DNA from: the human T2T-CHM13v2.0 reference genome, Homo sapiens
DNA: 64,000 bases
Direction: 5' to 3' (one strand)
Assembly: GCF_009914755.1 (NCBI RefSeq)
Contig: NC_060938.1
A program made the position numbers and the translations under genes. Below are positions 47,481-64,000 of the stretch, piece after piece (position 1 is the stretch's first letter; the number at the start of each line of letters is the position of its first letter). Under the pieces are notes generated by a model, which saw nothing but the letters and a program-made list of their open reading frames with translations, did not search any database and had not been told where the DNA came from.

Positions 47481-48592
47481 GAGATGGGAACTTCTGAAGA
47501 ACACAGGGAACCCTCCAGAAAGAGCTTTCACCATCTGCCACACCCAGAGAGCTGGCAATCATACAGTCAAGTAAAAACTGCCCTATTCCCCTGCTCCCCA
47601 TCCGCTTCCCTGCATCCTCACCCACCACCTCCACTTAGACTCTGAAAGCAACCAGCAAGTGGGGAGAGGGGTATTCGGGAGAGAATAGACAAAAGCCACC
47701 ATGCCCAGTCCCTGGCAGCTGGCAGCCCCCAACTAAGGCCTTAACTAGGGCAGGAGGAAGAAGATTTCTCTTTGAAGAAAAATGCAAGAGTCATTTAATA
47801 TCTTTGGGTGGCTGCTTTAAATCTCTAAGTCGATACTGGATTTCGTGACATAAAATGTACATACCTAAGCATGACCAGAAGAGCCTCGGGGTCAGCTGAG
47901 CTTTCAGCCAGGGGAAGGGGAAATGCTTCCCTTGCTTTAGCTCAAATGCACAGTGAGAGCCAAAGCAAATTGAGTTACATGTTGGTTCCACCCCACATTC
48001 AAGGGATTGGTTTCACCGAATCCCCGCCTCCACAGGGAATTGGGTCTTATATTTCTTACCCCCAACCCTCCCCGCCATGGCAGAGCCACAAGGAGGTTCC
48101 TGAAGAAAATCCCTTCTCGGCTTTTGTGCAGAATTGAAGAATGTTTACTATGTTTTCCTTCCTGTCTCTCTGGAAATGACGCAAAGAATAACAACAACAA
48201 AAAAGAACTCCTTGTCCCGTGCAAAACACCCGCCCCTCCCCCGCCCCTGACCTCCTAACTCTTCACCCTGTGTTGGCCTGACTTCACCCTGGGATGGGGA
48301 AACTTCCTGGGAGGATATAGCTGACCTGGGAACAAAACTTGTTTTTTTGAAAGCTTTGTGCAACGTCAACTAAGTTGGGGGAGGGGTCTGGGCAAGGAAA
48401 GAAGAAAGCAAAGGGGGGCAGGGTGGGAACAGTTCTGCTAAACCAAACAATTCCCCAGGGATGATGGAGCTGTGGTGACCTGATAAGTCCTTTAAATGTC
48501 TTATTAATTACTGGGGGAAAAATTGGCTACTTCTGAGTCTCCCCTCTCTCACTGTCCTTGCACAAGCTTGGGACTAGCTCTGTCCTTTTTTA

Positions 48593-48910
<318 letters not shown>

Positions 48911-49302
48911 GAGTCCAGCTTTTTAAAGAAGGGTGCCCCTTGGTGGAAGACAACAGGACAAGGCAGGAGCTGGGGCTGCGGAGAGTCCGGGGTCTGCAGA
49001 GCATGGGGCTGCCATCAGAGACCCACCAGGCAGGTTCCTGCTCCTAGCAAGGACCCGGCTGAGCAGAGATGAGGGTGTGGAGGTGAACCTGGAAAACATG
49101 CAGAGGATTCTAGACACATTCCACAGTCAGAGCCTCTGGAAAGCCCACCTTCTCCATCACAGAGGCTTTGGGGAATAGACATCCTGTTTCTCTGTATTAT
49201 TACAGCACAAAGCATTTATCATGCTGACAATGACAGTGACATTTCAGGACCTAAACAAGCTTAGTTGTTCACAGCTTACAGGAGAGAAGGCTCCTAACAC
49301 TC

Positions 49303-50150
<848 letters not shown>

Positions 50151-50160
50151 CATCTACAGA

Positions 50161-50332
50161 GCACTAATGACAGTTTGGGCTGGATTATTCTTCGTTGTCG
50201 GGGCTGCCCTGTACATTGTAGGATGTTTTGGAATATCCCTGGCCTCTATCCACAAGATGCCAGTAGCGCCTCCCCCAACTCCATGACAAAACTGTCCCTT
50301 GGGGGCAAAATTACCCCTGGTTGAGAATCACG
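50161..50332 (-). mobile_element. MER20 (hAT-Charlie DNA transposon)
   Basis: cattgtaggatg…tccctggcctcta…gatgccagtagc…gggggcaaaatt…ggttgagaa matches reverse MER20. Confidence 0.85.
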
Positions 50333-50464
50333 GCCAAGTAGCAGTCCCCATTCAGTGACCAGACAGCTAAGGAGATCCAGAGTGTAGTGCTGGGCCACAC
50401 AGATGCTAAGGGAATTTATACTTCAGGAAAAAAAAAAAAAAAGGCCAAGTCTATGTGGCCTTCG

Positions 50465-51030
50465 CATCAGTTATTACTCTCTCGGTTGCACTAAGTGACA
50501 GAAAATTCACCTCTAAATGACTTTAAATTGGGATGCTGTTTCATATAACTAAGCAGACCAGGGATTAGGCATTGTGCTGGTTCAGGCCAAGCTTGATCCA
50601 GGGATTCAAACAATATCACCAAGATTTGGCTTTATCTTTATCCCCGATGCTGCTCTTCTCCATAGCGTTTTCTTGTTGGGATAAGATGGCTGCCAGCAAT
50701 CCAGTCCCACCTCTTCCTATGCCTGAGACTTGTGAGGAAAAAACATGAAGTGCTTTTCTTTTTGCAGTCCCAGCAAAAGTCTCATTCCACTGAACTGGCT
50801 CTGACTTGAACATGAATCCATCATCAAGCAAGACACCATGGCTGGGGAATGTGATGGCCTAAGTGGCCAGGTTGTAGTCACATAACCACTTCTGGATCTG
50901 GGAGTGGAGTCAACTCTGTCTGTGGGACATCAAGAATGGGGAAGTGGGGTTCCCAAGAGGAAAGTAGCATACTACCACTGGGAGACAGGTGAAAGGATTC
51001 TTGATGACAAAAAGCAATACATAGCTACCA
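50465..51030 (-). mobile_element. Old MLT1 LTR
   Basis: catcagtt…ggttgca…gtgacagaaaa…aagatggctgccagca…gtctcatt motifs. Confidence 0.55.
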
Positions 51031-51034
51031 CAGT

Positions 51035-51049
51035 CTTTTTTTTCTTTTC

Positions 51050-51082
<33 letters not shown>

Positions 51083-51362
51083 GAGGCAGGGTCTCACTCT
51101 GTCGCTCAGGCTGGAGTGTAGTGTGAGATCTCAGCTCACTGCAGCCTCAACCTCCTAGGCTCAAAGAATCCTCCCTCTTCAGCCTCCAGAGTAGCTAGAA
51201 TTATAAGTGTGCACCACCACACCCAGCTACTATTTGTATTTTTAGTAGAGATGGAGTCTCACCATGTTGCCCAGGCTGATCGCGAACTCCTGAGTTCAAG
51301 TGATCTGCCCACCTCGGCCTCCTGAAGTGCTAGGATTATAGGTGTGAGCCACCACACCTGAC
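51035..51362 (-). mobile_element. AluJ
   Basis: TSD tacca(c/a)agtcttt. Confidence 0.92.
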
Positions 51363-51589
51363 CTACCAAAGTCTTTATACCAAAAAGAAGCTCACTCTTA
51401 AATTGATTAAGGTGAGAGCTAAAAGTTTAAAGAAGACTCTGCCGAGTGGTAGTATAATACCTGTGCCATGATTGTCCAAATCAACCTCCAGGTGACAAAC
51501 AAGAACTCTTTCAGGTATCTCTAAGATAAACTAGCATCTGAGATGGTTCATTCAGATGGATCTCTAAAATGGAGACTGCCAGAGTTTTA

Positions 51590-52170
<581 letters not shown>

Positions 52171-52334
52171 TAAATGTTGCATTACATCTATTCTAAGATC
52201 CATGTTTTTAATGTATTCTAATATCTTTGAAATCCATGGCACTGTTGGCCAGGTAGTGGTCAAGACCACCCTTAAGGTACGTCAGACCCCAGGAAAATGT
52301 TTTTTCTGGAACTCCTCCTGTCTATATAAACAAA

Positions 52335-52800
52335 TTAATCCTAGCACTTTGGGGGGCTGAGGCAGAAGGATTGTTTGAGCCCAGGAGTTTGAGGATGCAG
52401 TAAGCCATGTTCATACCACTGCACTCCAGCCTGGGCATCAGAGCAAGACCCTGTCTCAAAAAAATAAAAATAATAAAAATAAACAAATTAGGCCCGGTGT
52501 GGTGGCTCATACCTCTAATCCCAGTACTTTGGGAGGCCGAGGTGGGTGGATCACTTGAGCCCAGGAGTTTGAGACCAGTTGGGCAACATGGTAAAACCCC
52601 ATCTCTGCTAAAAATACAAAAAATTAGCCAGCTATACTGGTGTGTGCCTGCAGTCCCAGCTACTTGAGAGGCTGAGGCACGAGAATCCACTCCAGGAGGC
52701 AGAGGTTGCGGTGAGTCGAGGTCACACCATGGCACTCCAGCCTGGGCAACAGAGCGAGACTCTGTCTCAAAAAAATAAATAAATGAAAATAAAAAATAAA
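52335..52800 (+). mobile_element. Alu monomer plus AluJ/S dimer
   Basis: Alu consensus with A-rich tails. Confidence 0.88.
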
Positions 52801-53159
52801 TTAATTAATTTAAAATTAATACTTTGCAAAATTCATAGATCCTTGTGAAGTATAGTGATTTATCACTGAAGATTTAGAATAATGGGTAAAGAAGAGCTAC
52901 TTACGTATTTACTTGTTTATTGTGTAATCAATGCACATGAATATTTTTTTCTAGCTGCCAGGCATCATTTCTTCCTATTTTGATCCAGTAACTATCTCTT
53001 CATAACTTCATATCTCCCACCATGAGAAAACAAGAGCAATACATCCTTATGTTGGCTAAATACAGGACAAATAATATTATTCTTTTAAGAACACCATGCC
53101 AGTGTTCTATCACAGCCTTTACTTGCCTTTGTTGCATGCTATTACTGAATGTTTACTGA

Positions 53160-53680
<521 letters not shown>

Positions 53681-55270
53681 GGGAAAGGGACTTTCTCGGG
53701 GGATTCCAGCTTGTAAGTGGCAGGGCCTGGATTCGACTAAGACCTTTAATGCCACATCCTGAGCTCTGTCCACCATACTGTGAAGTCTACTTTTAGGGCA
53801 ATCCCATTTCTATCTTTGTCTTTTGTGTTATCTGGATTGAAAGAGTTTAATTTCTGTGTGTTTATTTTGGAGTAGGGTGCAGTGGATGTTTCTTAGCACC
53901 TACAGAGAAAATTCTTGTATAGCAAGAAGTCCATTTGACAAAGCACTGTTAAATTTTGGACTACAACCATTGCAGATTTCTCCCAGGATTGCGTTCTCAC
54001 AGATTGCCAATGAGATGAGAGCTTTCATGCATTATGTTTCTTATGCAAATAAGTTGACTTCCTTTTCAAGTTATATGAGAAACCCCCACTATTCCTGGGT
54101 TTTATGAATTATGGGATGGAGTGTACAAAACATCACCAACCTTCTCATTTCTGTCCACCCAAGTATTGTTAAGTATTTGCATCAATTGACATAGTTTTGC
54201 TATCTTGAATTGAAGAGGGTTTTGAGTTTTATTTGTTTGGTTTTGTGGGAGTTGTTTTGTTTGGGTTCAGAGCTCTCTGGGGAGAAAGATAAGTGTACTG
54301 GAAGGTATTGATGAGCTGTTATCTTCCATGATGGTTTGAGAGACTCATTTCCAGCCCCTGTGAGGGAAGCGTGAGGGGCGATAAATGGAAAGAGGAGTAA
54401 CTGTGTGAGGCTTTGTGCAACTAAAGATATATGCAGCTTTGCTTCACAACACACTTAACGAAGTGCAGCCAGTCTGTGAGAGGTCCCTGCTGCCCTATCC
54501 CACCCTCCACTTTGGTGACCTGCTGGCTTAGAGTGGCCCCAGGAGAGAAGGGAGAGAATGCTGTTCCCAGCAGGGCAACAGGAGTGACCACTGCAAGAAC
54601 AATGTTCTTATGGAGGCCACAGACACTGATGAGGTACCCCCTTTTAAGGAGCTTGTGAATAGCAGACCAGGAATGGGGAGGCTGAAGGGGAAGAACATAG
54701 TGGATTTGCCTATGAACCTATGGGAGATAGTTCGGGGGTCTCCCAGAAATAACTAAGGGTGAGTTAGCAGGGCGAGGGGATGGCTAGCAAGTTCTATAGA
54801 CCTTCAGTAGGAGACCAGAGCTAATGAAATTTAGGTCTGGATGTCAATATGACCTCCTTGGTTAATATGACCCATAGGCTGGTAAAAATCTCTTACAGGA
54901 TGTTGTGAGACACTGTACTTTATTCCTGTCTTTCATATGTCATTTAACTTCAAAAATTCTGTCTTCAGTGAAGACACCATGAGAAATGCTTACAATGCAG
55001 ACTCTTTCCAAGTGCAGTTATCTGGGGCAGGCCGCCCGATTCGCTGATTGCCCTGCCCACCTCCACCCTTCTAGGGAAGGCTCTAGTGGGAGGAATCTCT
55101 TAGAAACTGTTCATAGTGCAGCAGCTAGAAAAGTCTAGCTGCAGGGTTTTGGGGTGAGAGGAAAATAGTTTCTTTTCTATGCTAGGGTAGTGAGCCAGAT
55201 ATGACTTGCTAAAAAACCTCTGAGTGACTAGGGTATTAGGCCAGATTTTCGCTATTTTAACTGAAGTTGA

Positions 55271-56488
<1,218 letters not shown>

Positions 56489-57914
56489 CTAGGCCCATTT
56501 TTAAAGGTAAATAGAGAGCCCTCTCTTGTTAGCCAACCTTCCAGATCTAAATGGCTAAGTGTCTCTTCCTGATCTCCCATCCTTTACCTAAACTAACTGA
56601 TCTCCTATTTGTGTTCCCAAATCTTTCTTATAGCACTTATAAAACCATTCTGGGAACTCCTTAAGAGAAGAGACTGGGCCTTATATATGCTTTACTGTGC
56701 TCCTAACCCTTGGGAGGGACACAGTACACAGTAAATGTTGGTTAGCTTGATCGTAAGTGAAAAACTGACTTGAGACAGGAGACTGTGGCAGTACTCATTA
56801 GAGCAATCTGTGTAGCACTTTTTTGAGCTTCATGTGTGGAATGGGGCTGTGAAGAGCTAGGGAGAAGTGGTTATGAGGATGAAATGAGGAAGCTTAAGGA
56901 AAACGTCTGTACAATGTTTGGTCTCACACAGTCCCCTTCTACCCTTTGTCCTCTTCCTTCTAGCTGACATTGTATTGGGAAGCAAAGGTCAGGGGCTCTG
57001 TGTGAAGGCAAGAGGTCCAAATGATTTCTCAAGGGATCTAAGGGAACTGGACGGCGGAGAAAACGATCAAGGGGCAGGCCCTGCACAGGGACTGGGAAGG
57101 CAAGCGGAGAAACTAAAGAGCGCTAGCCAAAATGGTGGAAGAGAATTCTGGGGCTGTGGCACAACTATCCACAAAAGCTTCCTCTTTCCTTAGTGGAGTC
57201 TCAGTACAGTTCACTCAGGAGGAGAATCTAACGAATAGGCACCAGCTGCATCAAGGGACACTTACTTCACTCCATGTCCTGGCACCTTCCTGAGGATGAA
57301 GATGCCACAATTCACCAGATGAGTCAATTCACGGGAAAGGCGCTAGTCAAGTCCCAGGCTCTGTCTAGCAACTGTCTTTCCAGTGGAAAAGAAGTTAGCT
57401 GAAGTAATCAAAGGATTCCCTAACGCAAGAGTTGGGACATGCCAAAGTCCCTCTTCAAGGGGAGAGAGGCAGCTGCATGGTTACAAAGTAGACAAAGAAA
57501 GACAAGGGGCTTCTTTTAAACTGGAATGTGTGAAATAGAAGCAGGGAGCTGTGAATGCCACAGCAGCAATTATGCAGAAAGACTGCAGTGCAGACACTGA
57601 GCAGCACCATCCTATCTGATAACATCAGCAGCGGCAGAGGCATATTCCAACAAGAGCTGTTTAAGAGCTGCTAATTACTTAGATTCCAATAGGAGCTATG
57701 TCTTAAAAGTGATTACAATTTTTGATTACAGCTTTTTGAACTGATTGCAGCTGTAAGCTATGAAGGCAGTAATCTAAATACAAGCAAAAATTCCTTTGAT
57801 CAAACACAAAGGAACTCTTCCAAATAAAGATACCTTTATTTTACATACATATATAGCTATGTGTTTCGCATGCGTAAACAAGTGAGTTATACACATCTAT
57901 TAAACATATAACCA

Positions 57915-58032
57915 TCTACACTAAATTTTAGGTTCCCTGAGACCAGGGACCACACTTGTGCATCCTTATAATTCCTTACAGTGTCTAGTAGGGTATATGG
58001 CACATAGAAGATGCTTACTGAATTGAATGAAA
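57915..58032 (+). mobile_element. L2 3' end
   Basis: gttccctgagaccagggacc…tggcacatagaagatgct…gaattgaatgaa. Confidence 0.7.
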
Positions 58033-58267
58033 GTGAAACAATTGCTGTATTAATGATTTGATCAGATAATTGTTGTTTGTTACAATAATGGCCTACTATA
58101 GAATAAATACTGGGAAAAGCAATACAAAAGTCCATTTTACTAACCTCAAATCCAGGAAATGTACCTTCTTTTCTAGAAACCCAAAAGAAGTATGGAAATA
58201 CATTCTTGAAAAGAAAGCTAACCACTCTACATTCCACAACAGAGACCATGTTGACTGTGCTGTGTGA

Positions 58268-58280
58268 GTTGCTAGGCAAC
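58268..58280. promoter_or_regulatory. RFX X-box (EF-C type)
   Basis: GTTGCTAGGCAAC, inverted GTTGC/GCAAC half-sites. Confidence 0.6.
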
Positions 58281-58952
58281 CACTTGGTAATTCCCCATGT
58301 AATAGAGATGAACCTATCATCTGCTTTCTTAGCTATGTGTGACAAGAAGAGACAACAGGTAAAGGACAACCAAGAATACCTGCACCTGGATGACACAGTC
58401 ACTCCTGCTGAAGTATGGTGACACCGGAGAAAATCCCCATGCCCTGTCAGAAATTGCTGGAGGGAGAATTTCAATTTCATTAAACTATTAGCACAAGACA
58501 TTGCAGTGAATTTTCTTGGATTTACCTTGTGGGTAAATCCTGTGGGTTATCCCATTATACTTGTCCACAAAGCAGGAGGCCAAACGTACCATCGTTCTGC
58601 ATGGGAATGGCCATCAGTTCAATAACAGCTCCAGATCAGCGTGTCCCGTGATGCCAGCTGGGATGAGACTTTACTAGAAAAAAGCAGCCCTTTAAATCTT
58701 AAAAAGGATACTCAACATCTTAAAGAAACCCCAAGTTCTGGGTGAATAAATCACCCTTTTTCATACCTGAGGAAAATGCTCATTTGTTTGCACAGGATTT
58801 CCAAGACACTTTAGACACATAAGCTGCCTTGTAACGACTCCGCTCAACTGTAGGTATTGACATCACTGTCTTTAGGCTAAAAACACAATGTTGGAGAATG
58901 AATAAAAAAATGTGTGAAAGCTACTCTGATGTTAAGCAAGAAAAAGAGAGCA

Positions 58953-60008
<1,056 letters not shown>

Positions 60009-61343
60009 TGCCCCATCCCCACCGCAATATTATATTTAAGTCTTTGCAAATTGACTGCTTGCTTTTCAGTCTCCTGTTTGAGATTTAATTTTGAGACCTT
60101 AGACTCTGCAATCAGGCAATTGGCTGTGAAGAAAGCAGATTCTGAATCGAGATAAAATCAACCAGGTAGTTCTGACGAACAACTGGGCGTGGCTTCAACC
60201 CAACATATGGAGCCTGTTTAACCTGTTTTGGTGCTGACTTAAACAAGCCCAGCTGGCCAATCCTGTGAAGTGAAACTTGACAAAGGCCCATCCAGACTCC
60301 CTGGGGCTGGAGAGAGGAGTACTGGCATATGACATTCTTGGGTATATCTCGGTCTGCAAAGTACAGCCACTATATCTCTACTGACTACTAGGTTTTATAA
60401 GATTCTTCATGGAATTCCAAATAGAGTCAGCCATGAGCCAAATCAAACATAAAGGAGGAGGATTCAAGAGCATTCTTGAGTAAATTTCAGAATGGAAAAG
60501 ACCCTCCAATGACTCAGAGGGGTGGGAGGAACAATGCAGGCTCTGGGATTTCTTTGCCAGAATGACAAGTGTAGAGCAAAACCTGTGGGAGTCACAGTTA
60601 CTTTCATTCCTCCTTTCCCCAGTGGCCATACACAGGTGTGTGCAAAAGGCCTGGAGGTGGCAGAGAGTGGAGCATGTCAGGGAACTGACAAAAGAATAGG
60701 GACGAGCTCCTGTGCACCTGTGCCCACGGAAGCTACTCACTCCCCTCCTTCATGGTGTCTTTTCCTTCTCTGGAGTCCTTTCAGTGATATGTGAGCCCAC
60801 TGTTAAATGTTCAGGAAGTTTGGGTCCCACTGATAGCAAGTTAGTTGAACATCTACTATGCAGAATTTACTTTGTGGGAGAAAACCATTAAGATATAATC
60901 CCAGCCCTTAAGGAGTTTAGACTCCAGTGAGGGAGACAGAGAAGTACGCAAGAAATTACAAAACAAGCCAGTCTAGATCAAGCTACAAGACACAAAGTAC
61001 TCAATTTTTGTAAATAATTTCTATATGGAGGCTATTCCTAATCTTGGTCTTTGTAGTCAGCTTCCTATTACTGAAGCAACAAGTTCCACTAAAGAGCTCC
61101 AATTCCATTGGGCTTTCTGCTGTGGTGGTCTGTGTTCCCTGTCTTTTGTTAATCCCATGCTGGTGAACTCAACTGGGATCCAAAGGCTGTTGACAGAAGG
61201 GAGGTAAACCTATGAGGCAAGATATGAAGCCAAGGCAAACCTCCAAGCCAAAAATCAAATGCTTCCACACAAAGGGGCAAGTGAACAGCTTTCTGGGTGG
61301 CCTAGAGAGAGAGAAGGTGTGAGTTTAAATCAAAGACTTCAAA

Positions 61344-61621
61344 GCCGGGCATGGTAGTTTGTGCCTGTAATCCCAGCTACTTGGGAGGTTAAGGCGAGAG
61401 GATCATTTGAGGCCAGGAATTCAAGACCAGCCTAGGCAACATAGGAGGGCCCCATCTTTAAAAAATAATTAGCTGGGTGTGGCAGCATGCACCTGTAGTC
61501 CCAGCTACTTGCGAGGCTGAGGCAGGAGGATTGCTTGAGCCCAGGTCAAGGCTGCACTATTGCCCAGGTCATGCCACTGCACTCCAGCCTGGGTGACAAA
61601 GAGACTCTCATCTCAATAAAT
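61344..61621 (+). mobile_element. AluJ
   Basis: Diverged dimer. Confidence 0.9.
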
Positions 61622-61651
61622 AGACGACTTCGTATTTAGTTGGGGAAGGAG

Positions 61652-62825
<1,174 letters not shown>

Positions 62826-62939
62826 TGGGGGAAATACTTTAAAAGTCTTTCCACTAAAAAGATTCAGGATGAGGGTCTAACAGGTACAAGGCAGCTTCTG
62901 AATAGTTTGGGCAGGTATGTGGGTTGAAATCAGCATACA

Positions 62940-62979
62940 ACACACACACACATACACACACACACACTCACACACACAC
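62940..62979. repeat. Interrupted (CA)n
   Basis: Dinucleotide run with two interruptions. Confidence 0.93.
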
Positions 62980-63095
62980 CTCAATTATCTCTATGATGTA
63001 CAGAGAAAAAGATGACCAGCTGGAGGCATTTTCTGTAGTATGCTTTTACAGTGCCCAGCCCCCATTCGTGGCATCCTCCTTTCCACACAAGTGCC

Positions 63096-63895
63096 TGTTA
63101 CCTAATTGTCAACTAAAGAATCATGAATTTCATAAATCTGGAAGGGAGAGCTTTATTTCTCATAAAAGGTTGCAGCCTGCAGGCCCACAGGCTGGGAAGT
63201 GTAACCTTCAGAAGAAGCTAAGAGCAATCACTTCAAGGGAAGGCTAAAGCAAACAGAAATTTATGCTTAGCTGCATGGCCAAATATATAATATTCAGTCA
63301 GCTACAGGAATCATGAATATTTATGAAAGGAGAAACAACCATATATGCAATTGAGCTTCACATTTCTTCCTGAGTCCTATATTCAAAAAAAGTAGTGGTG
63401 TTAGCATGGTCCAAGAGTAGAGTTTTTGGCCCTCTTGTAACTGCCCAACAGGTTCTTCTTACCTACTGCACAGATAAAACCAATTCACTGAGACAGCAGT
63501 ATTGCAGTAGAGAAAGAGTTTAATTATTGCAGGGTTAGCTAAGCAGAAGATGGGAGTTTATTACTCAAATCAGTTTTCCTGAGAACTGAGAGGCAATAAT
63601 ATTATGGATAATTTGGTGGGCAGGGGGCTAGGGAATGGGTACTGCTGACTGGTTGGGGCAGAAATCATAGGGGTGTGGAAAATTAGTCCTTGTGTGCTGA
63701 GTTCTGGGTAGGGGGCCCACAGGACTGGTTGATTCCTGAGTCACAGATCCGATTGAAGTCAATGAGTTGCCAGAATGCAAAAGTCTGAAAAACATCTCAA
63801 AAGACCAATCTTAGGTTCTAAAATAGTGATTACCTATAGGAGCATTTGGGGAAGTTACAAATTTTGTGACTTCTGAAACAATGGCTGGTTATCAT
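63096..63895 (-). mobile_element. ERV1 LTR sequences: MER4-group-like LTR (~63096-63436) followed by LTR8-like LTR (from 63437)
   Basis: tgtaactgcccaacaggttc…aattcactgagac…gtattgcagtagagaaagagtttaatt resembles the LTR8/8A end; upstream ctttatttctcataaaaggttgcagcc is LTR-like. Confidence 0.65.
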
Positions 63896-64000
63896 TTTTA
63901 TTTTTATTTTCTTTTTGAAACTGAGTTTCGCTCTTGTTGCCCAGGCTGGAGTGCAATGGCGCTATCTCAGCTCATCGCAACCTCCGCCTCCTGGGTTCAA
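63895..64000 (-). mobile_element. Alu (cut by the window edge)
   Basis: T-rich tail followed by gagtttcgctcttgttgcccaggctggagtgcaatggc. Confidence 0.92.

Noticed and set aside
57887-58501. 204-aa minus-strand ORF, possible processed pseudogene
   Set aside because: No similarity to a protein I recognise; its 3' part runs through an L2 remnant; no poly-A/TSD. A tBLASTx search would be needed to exclude a decayed ERV or pseudogene.

Overview
Primate (very likely human) euchromatic DNA with no supportable protein-coding exon. Bases 1-~430 read as the GC-rich 5' leader of a minus-strand gene whose CDS lies left of the window. From recall of the leader sequence and local layout this is probably IRF2BPL (14q24.3); I could not verify it. 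Its CpG-island promoter carries CRE, NRF1 and ETS motifs. Next come a second CpG island (~4.5-5.9 kb), a repeat-poor regulatory block (~9-13.5 kb; Z-DNA tract, TATA/RBPJ/X-box cluster, probably a + strand lncRNA promoter) and a consensus CTCF site at 25.2 kb. The remaining ~50 kb is dense in Alu (~45 copies/fragments, many with clear TSDs), MIR, L2, old L1M, MaLR LTRs, MER5/MER20 and an ERV1-LTR cluster at the right end. I see no novel gene or defence-type system. The most unusual signal is a recurring set of short inserts, several copied from nearby sequence and most bounded by duplications (2.4, 28.2, 28.8-29.6, 46.1, 51.7 kb), which look like fossil templated DNA-repair events. Repeat boundaries and subfamily calls were made by eye and are approximate.
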